The position numbers were made by a program, and so were the translations under genes. Shown here piece after piece: positions 61,607 to 64,000 of a stretch of 64,000 nt of DNA; positions within the stretch are counted from its first letter, which is position 1; each line of letters begins with the position of its first letter. This stretch comes from an uncultured delta proteobacterium (lineage in GTDB: Bacteria; Myxococcota; B64-G9): contig CAVWHX010000004.1 in NCBI GenBank assembly GCA_963754925.1, positions 544,001 to 608,000 of the forward strand. Direction: 5' to 3'. The notes under the pieces are model-generated. The model was not told the DNA's origin. It saw only the letters and a list, made by a program, of their open reading frames with translations, and searched no databases.

Positions 61607-63976
61607 TCATGGAGTGCAGGCTGCGCCTGTGCAGTGCGTCAGAACCGTCGCGCAGGGCACATTACCGGTCAACTTGATGGCGGTGACTGGAACAGCGCTA
61701 GAGTCTGGCACGACGTTGAGGGCCCCTGTCGCCCCGGCCGTGCTACCAAAGATGTAGCCTACGGTCGGGAAGGACGTGGTGCCGATGTTGGTGGTCGCGT
61801 TTGTCAGTACCATGTTGGCAAGCGATATACTCATGGTAAGGCCAGCAAACGCATCAAGGTTCAACGCCCCAAAGATCGTGGTCGGGAGCGTGATGCCATA
61901 GACGCCGTCCCCGTCCGAATCAATCGCCCCAGAGCAGGTCGTGGGTAGGGTGCCGGCTGGGTACGGATAGGTCAAGGTCGATGGAGGGGCCGGACAGGTA
62001 TTGGTAGTCGGCGGCGGTGGTCCACCCCAACCGCTGTTGATCGTGAAGCTCGGGAACGCTACCGTTTGGCCCACTTGGTAACACACACCCGCCTCCGATG
62101 CCGACCCGCTCAGCGACGCAAGCACCGCTGGCGTGTAGGTAACGCTAAACGGAATGGGGCTGGTAGCGGTAGTGCTCAATGAGCAGATCTCAAACTGTGC
62201 GGTCGTCGTGCAGGCGGTGAGGTCGTTGCTGATAACCATGCGCTGTACGACGTCAATGGTGGCGCCCGTTAGCGTGCCGACGGGGCTTGGCGCGGTGATG
62301 GTGCCCGTGGTCGTAACGCGGGTGATCCAGGTGCCGCTCAAATCGGGTCCGGTGCAGGTTGCAAGTGGACATGTATTACAGGTGCCAGAACAGTCGCTGT
62401 CACTGCACGCGTTACAGCCAGTCGGGCAGCAGCCGTCTTTGGTAGTGCCACTGCAGGTCGTGATCGGCGTGTAGACGCACGTGGCAAGGCAAGTGCCCGC
62501 GCCTTGCAGCACCGCGGTGTGGCAGGCGTCAGGAGGCGTGCAGCTCGTTGGGCAGGCGCCCGGTTGACCCGCAGGGATAGCGGTGTCGCAGGTCTCACCG
62601 GTCTCGACGACGCCGTTGCCGCAGCAGGGTACGATCGGTGTGTTCGTACATTTAGACGTGCAGGTCGCCGCGCTTCCCGAGAGGGTGGACGTGGTGCACT
62701 TATTGGGGGCGGTGCAGCTCGTCGGGCAGGTACTCGGCGGGTCGCAGGTTTCGCCGGCCTCGACGATGCCGTTGCCGCAGCAGGGCACGATTGGCGTATT
62801 CACACATTTAGCCGTGCAGGCGGAGCCTGTAAGCGCCGAGGTGTTGCAGACGGGGGGTGTACAGCTTGTCGGGCATGCGCCTGTTTGACCCGCGGGAATT
62901 GCGGTGTCGCAGTTCTCGCCGGCCTCGACTATGCCGTTGCCGCAGCAGGGGGTGATTGTCGCAACCACGCACTTGGCCGTGCAGGCGGAGCCTGTAAGCG
63001 TCGAGGTGTGGCAGGCGTCAGGGGCCTTGCAGCTCGTTGGGCACGCGCCCGTTTGACCCGCGGCTATTGCCGTGTCGCAGGTCTCGCCAGAGTCGACCGT
63101 GCCGTTGCCGCAGCAGGGTACGATCGCCGTGTTTACACATTGAGCAGTGCAGGCGGAGCCTGTAAGCGCCGAGGTGTGGCAGGCGTCAGGAGGCGTGCAG
63201 CTCGTCGGGCACGCGCCCGTTTGACCCGCCGCGATCCCGGTATCGCAGGTCTCGCCGGTCTCGACTTTGCCGTCGCCGCAGGTGGCCGTCGTGGTTCCCG
63301 CGCACTCGTCAAGCTTCGGGTCGGTGACTGGTGTCTTGGTGCTCGTGAGGGTCGCATTCAATACCACCGCGGCCCCACCGAGGAGCGGAATATTGGTAGG
63401 GATGGTCAGGTTGAGGACTTGATGGATGCTCAGGCCGGTCCCCTTGATCACGAGGTTTAACAGACCCGTGAGATTGAGTTTGACCGTGGCATCGAGGTTG
63501 AGTGTTAGGGGAATCGGCGGGATGAGTTTTTGAACGACTGCGTTTGCGGACTTTGTCTCCGTGGGGATAGTAAGCTTAAAGGTGGCATCCTGGAAAATCA
63601 AGGGCCGCAGGTAGCAAACGCCGCCCGCCGTGTCACCAGTCGGTATGTCGGTGCATAGGGTGCCGCTTGAGATCGTCCCAAGCATTATGGCGGTACCCGC
63701 AGCGGCGAAACTGTTAACCACAACCGTGCCGGGCACGCCTTGGGGCGAAATCAGCTTGGTGGTATCGATGGTGACCGTGGTATTCACGTTACCGACGAGA
63801 TTGCTTACCACCGTGCCGCTACCAAGGGATGCCGGGAGAGTGATACTCAAAGTATTTGACGCCGCCGGATCCATTACCAACAATGTAGGAAGGTTAATCT
63901 TCCCGCAGGCCGATAGAACCATTGCACTCATCAGAACAATAGCGAACATTGAGACAATCTTTTTCTCCCTTATCAT
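61607..63976 (-). CDS. Lipoprotein with myxobacterial Cys-rich repeats (CGNG.VE.GETCD)
   Basis: Lipobox VLSAC; five 52-56 aa Cys-rich repeats at ~62450-63285; RBS AGGAGG. Confidence 0.85.
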   Translation of the reverse strand: MIREKKIVSMFAIVLMSAMVLSACGKINLPTLLVMDPAASNTLSITLPASLGSGTVVSNLVGNVNTTVTIDTTKLISPQGVPGTVVVNSFAAAGTAIMLGTISSGTLCTDIPTGDTAGGVCYLRPLIFQDATFKLTIPTETKSANAVVQKLIPPIPLTLNLDATVKLNLTGLLNLVIKGTGLSIHQVLNLTIPTNIPLLGGAAVVLNATLTSTKTPVTDPKLDECAGTTTATCGDGKVETGETCDTGIAAGQTGACPTSCTPPDACHTSALTGSACTAQCVNTAIVPCCGNGTVDSGETCDTAIAAGQTGACPTSCKAPDACHTSTLTGSACTAKCVVATITPCCGNGIVEAGENCDTAIPAGQTGACPTSCTPPVCNTSALTGSACTAKCVNTPIVPCCGNGIVEAGETCDPPSTCPTSCTAPNKCTTSTLSGSAATCTSKCTNTPIVPCCGNGVVETGETCDTAIPAGQPGACPTSCTPPDACHTAVLQGAGTCLATCVYTPITTCSGTTKDGCCPTGCNACSDSDCSGTCNTCPLATCTGPDLSGTWITRVTTTGTITAPSPVGTLTGATIDVVQRMVISNDLTACTTTAQFEICSLSTTATSPIPFSVTYTPAVLASLSGSASEAGVCYQVGQTVAFPSFTINSGWGGPPPPTTNTCPAPPSTLTYPYPAGTLPTTCSGAIDSDGDGVYGITLPTTIFGALNLDAFAGLTMSISLANMVLTNATTNIGTTSFPTVGYIFGSTAGATGALNVVPDSSAVPVTAIKLTGNVPCATVLTHCTGAACTP

Positions 63977-64000
63977 GGTATTTCCTCCTGGTTCATGGTT

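Overview
This looks like a GC-rich chromosome segment from a Myxococcota/deltaproteobacterial-type, probably anaerobic, organism. The pointers are a RomR-like regulator beside valS-nadC, PilZ proteins, a myxobacterial Cys-rich repeat lipoprotein and HdrCBA. Housekeeping genes include pfk, nadC, valS, mlaE, trmL, an RluC-like synthase, rmuC, ggt, lpxC, yebC-ruvCAB, mutM and atpHAGDC. Accessory or unusual content: (1) a ~10 kb integron-type cassette array with no integrase, carrying attC sites, a candidate attI, a GIY-YIG cassette and an IetAS-like AAA+S8 protease cassette; most of it is bracketed by an exact 64-bp duplication of the pfk 3' end; (2) a lower-GC three-gene operon (ParB-like NTPase + PD-(D/E)XK-like protein + N4C-type MTase), a candidate undescribed defence/RM system; (3) a sigma54-driven operon encoding a receiver-GcvH(lipoyl domain) fusion plus HdrCBA; (4) an acyl-CoA operon with a Buk-Ptb fusion, a catalytically degenerate Acs, an NDP-forming ligase-like protein and a CoA-transferase-GNAT fusion; (5) at least nine copies of a small TAGAG-bounded double-hairpin repeat with covarying stems that occurs in tandem, nested and in-frame, and supplies stop codons. 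Several +1 frameshifts at short homopolymers are probably sequencing errors. No rRNA, tRNA, CRISPR array, integrase or transposase was recognised. All calls come from motif recognition by eye, without database searches.
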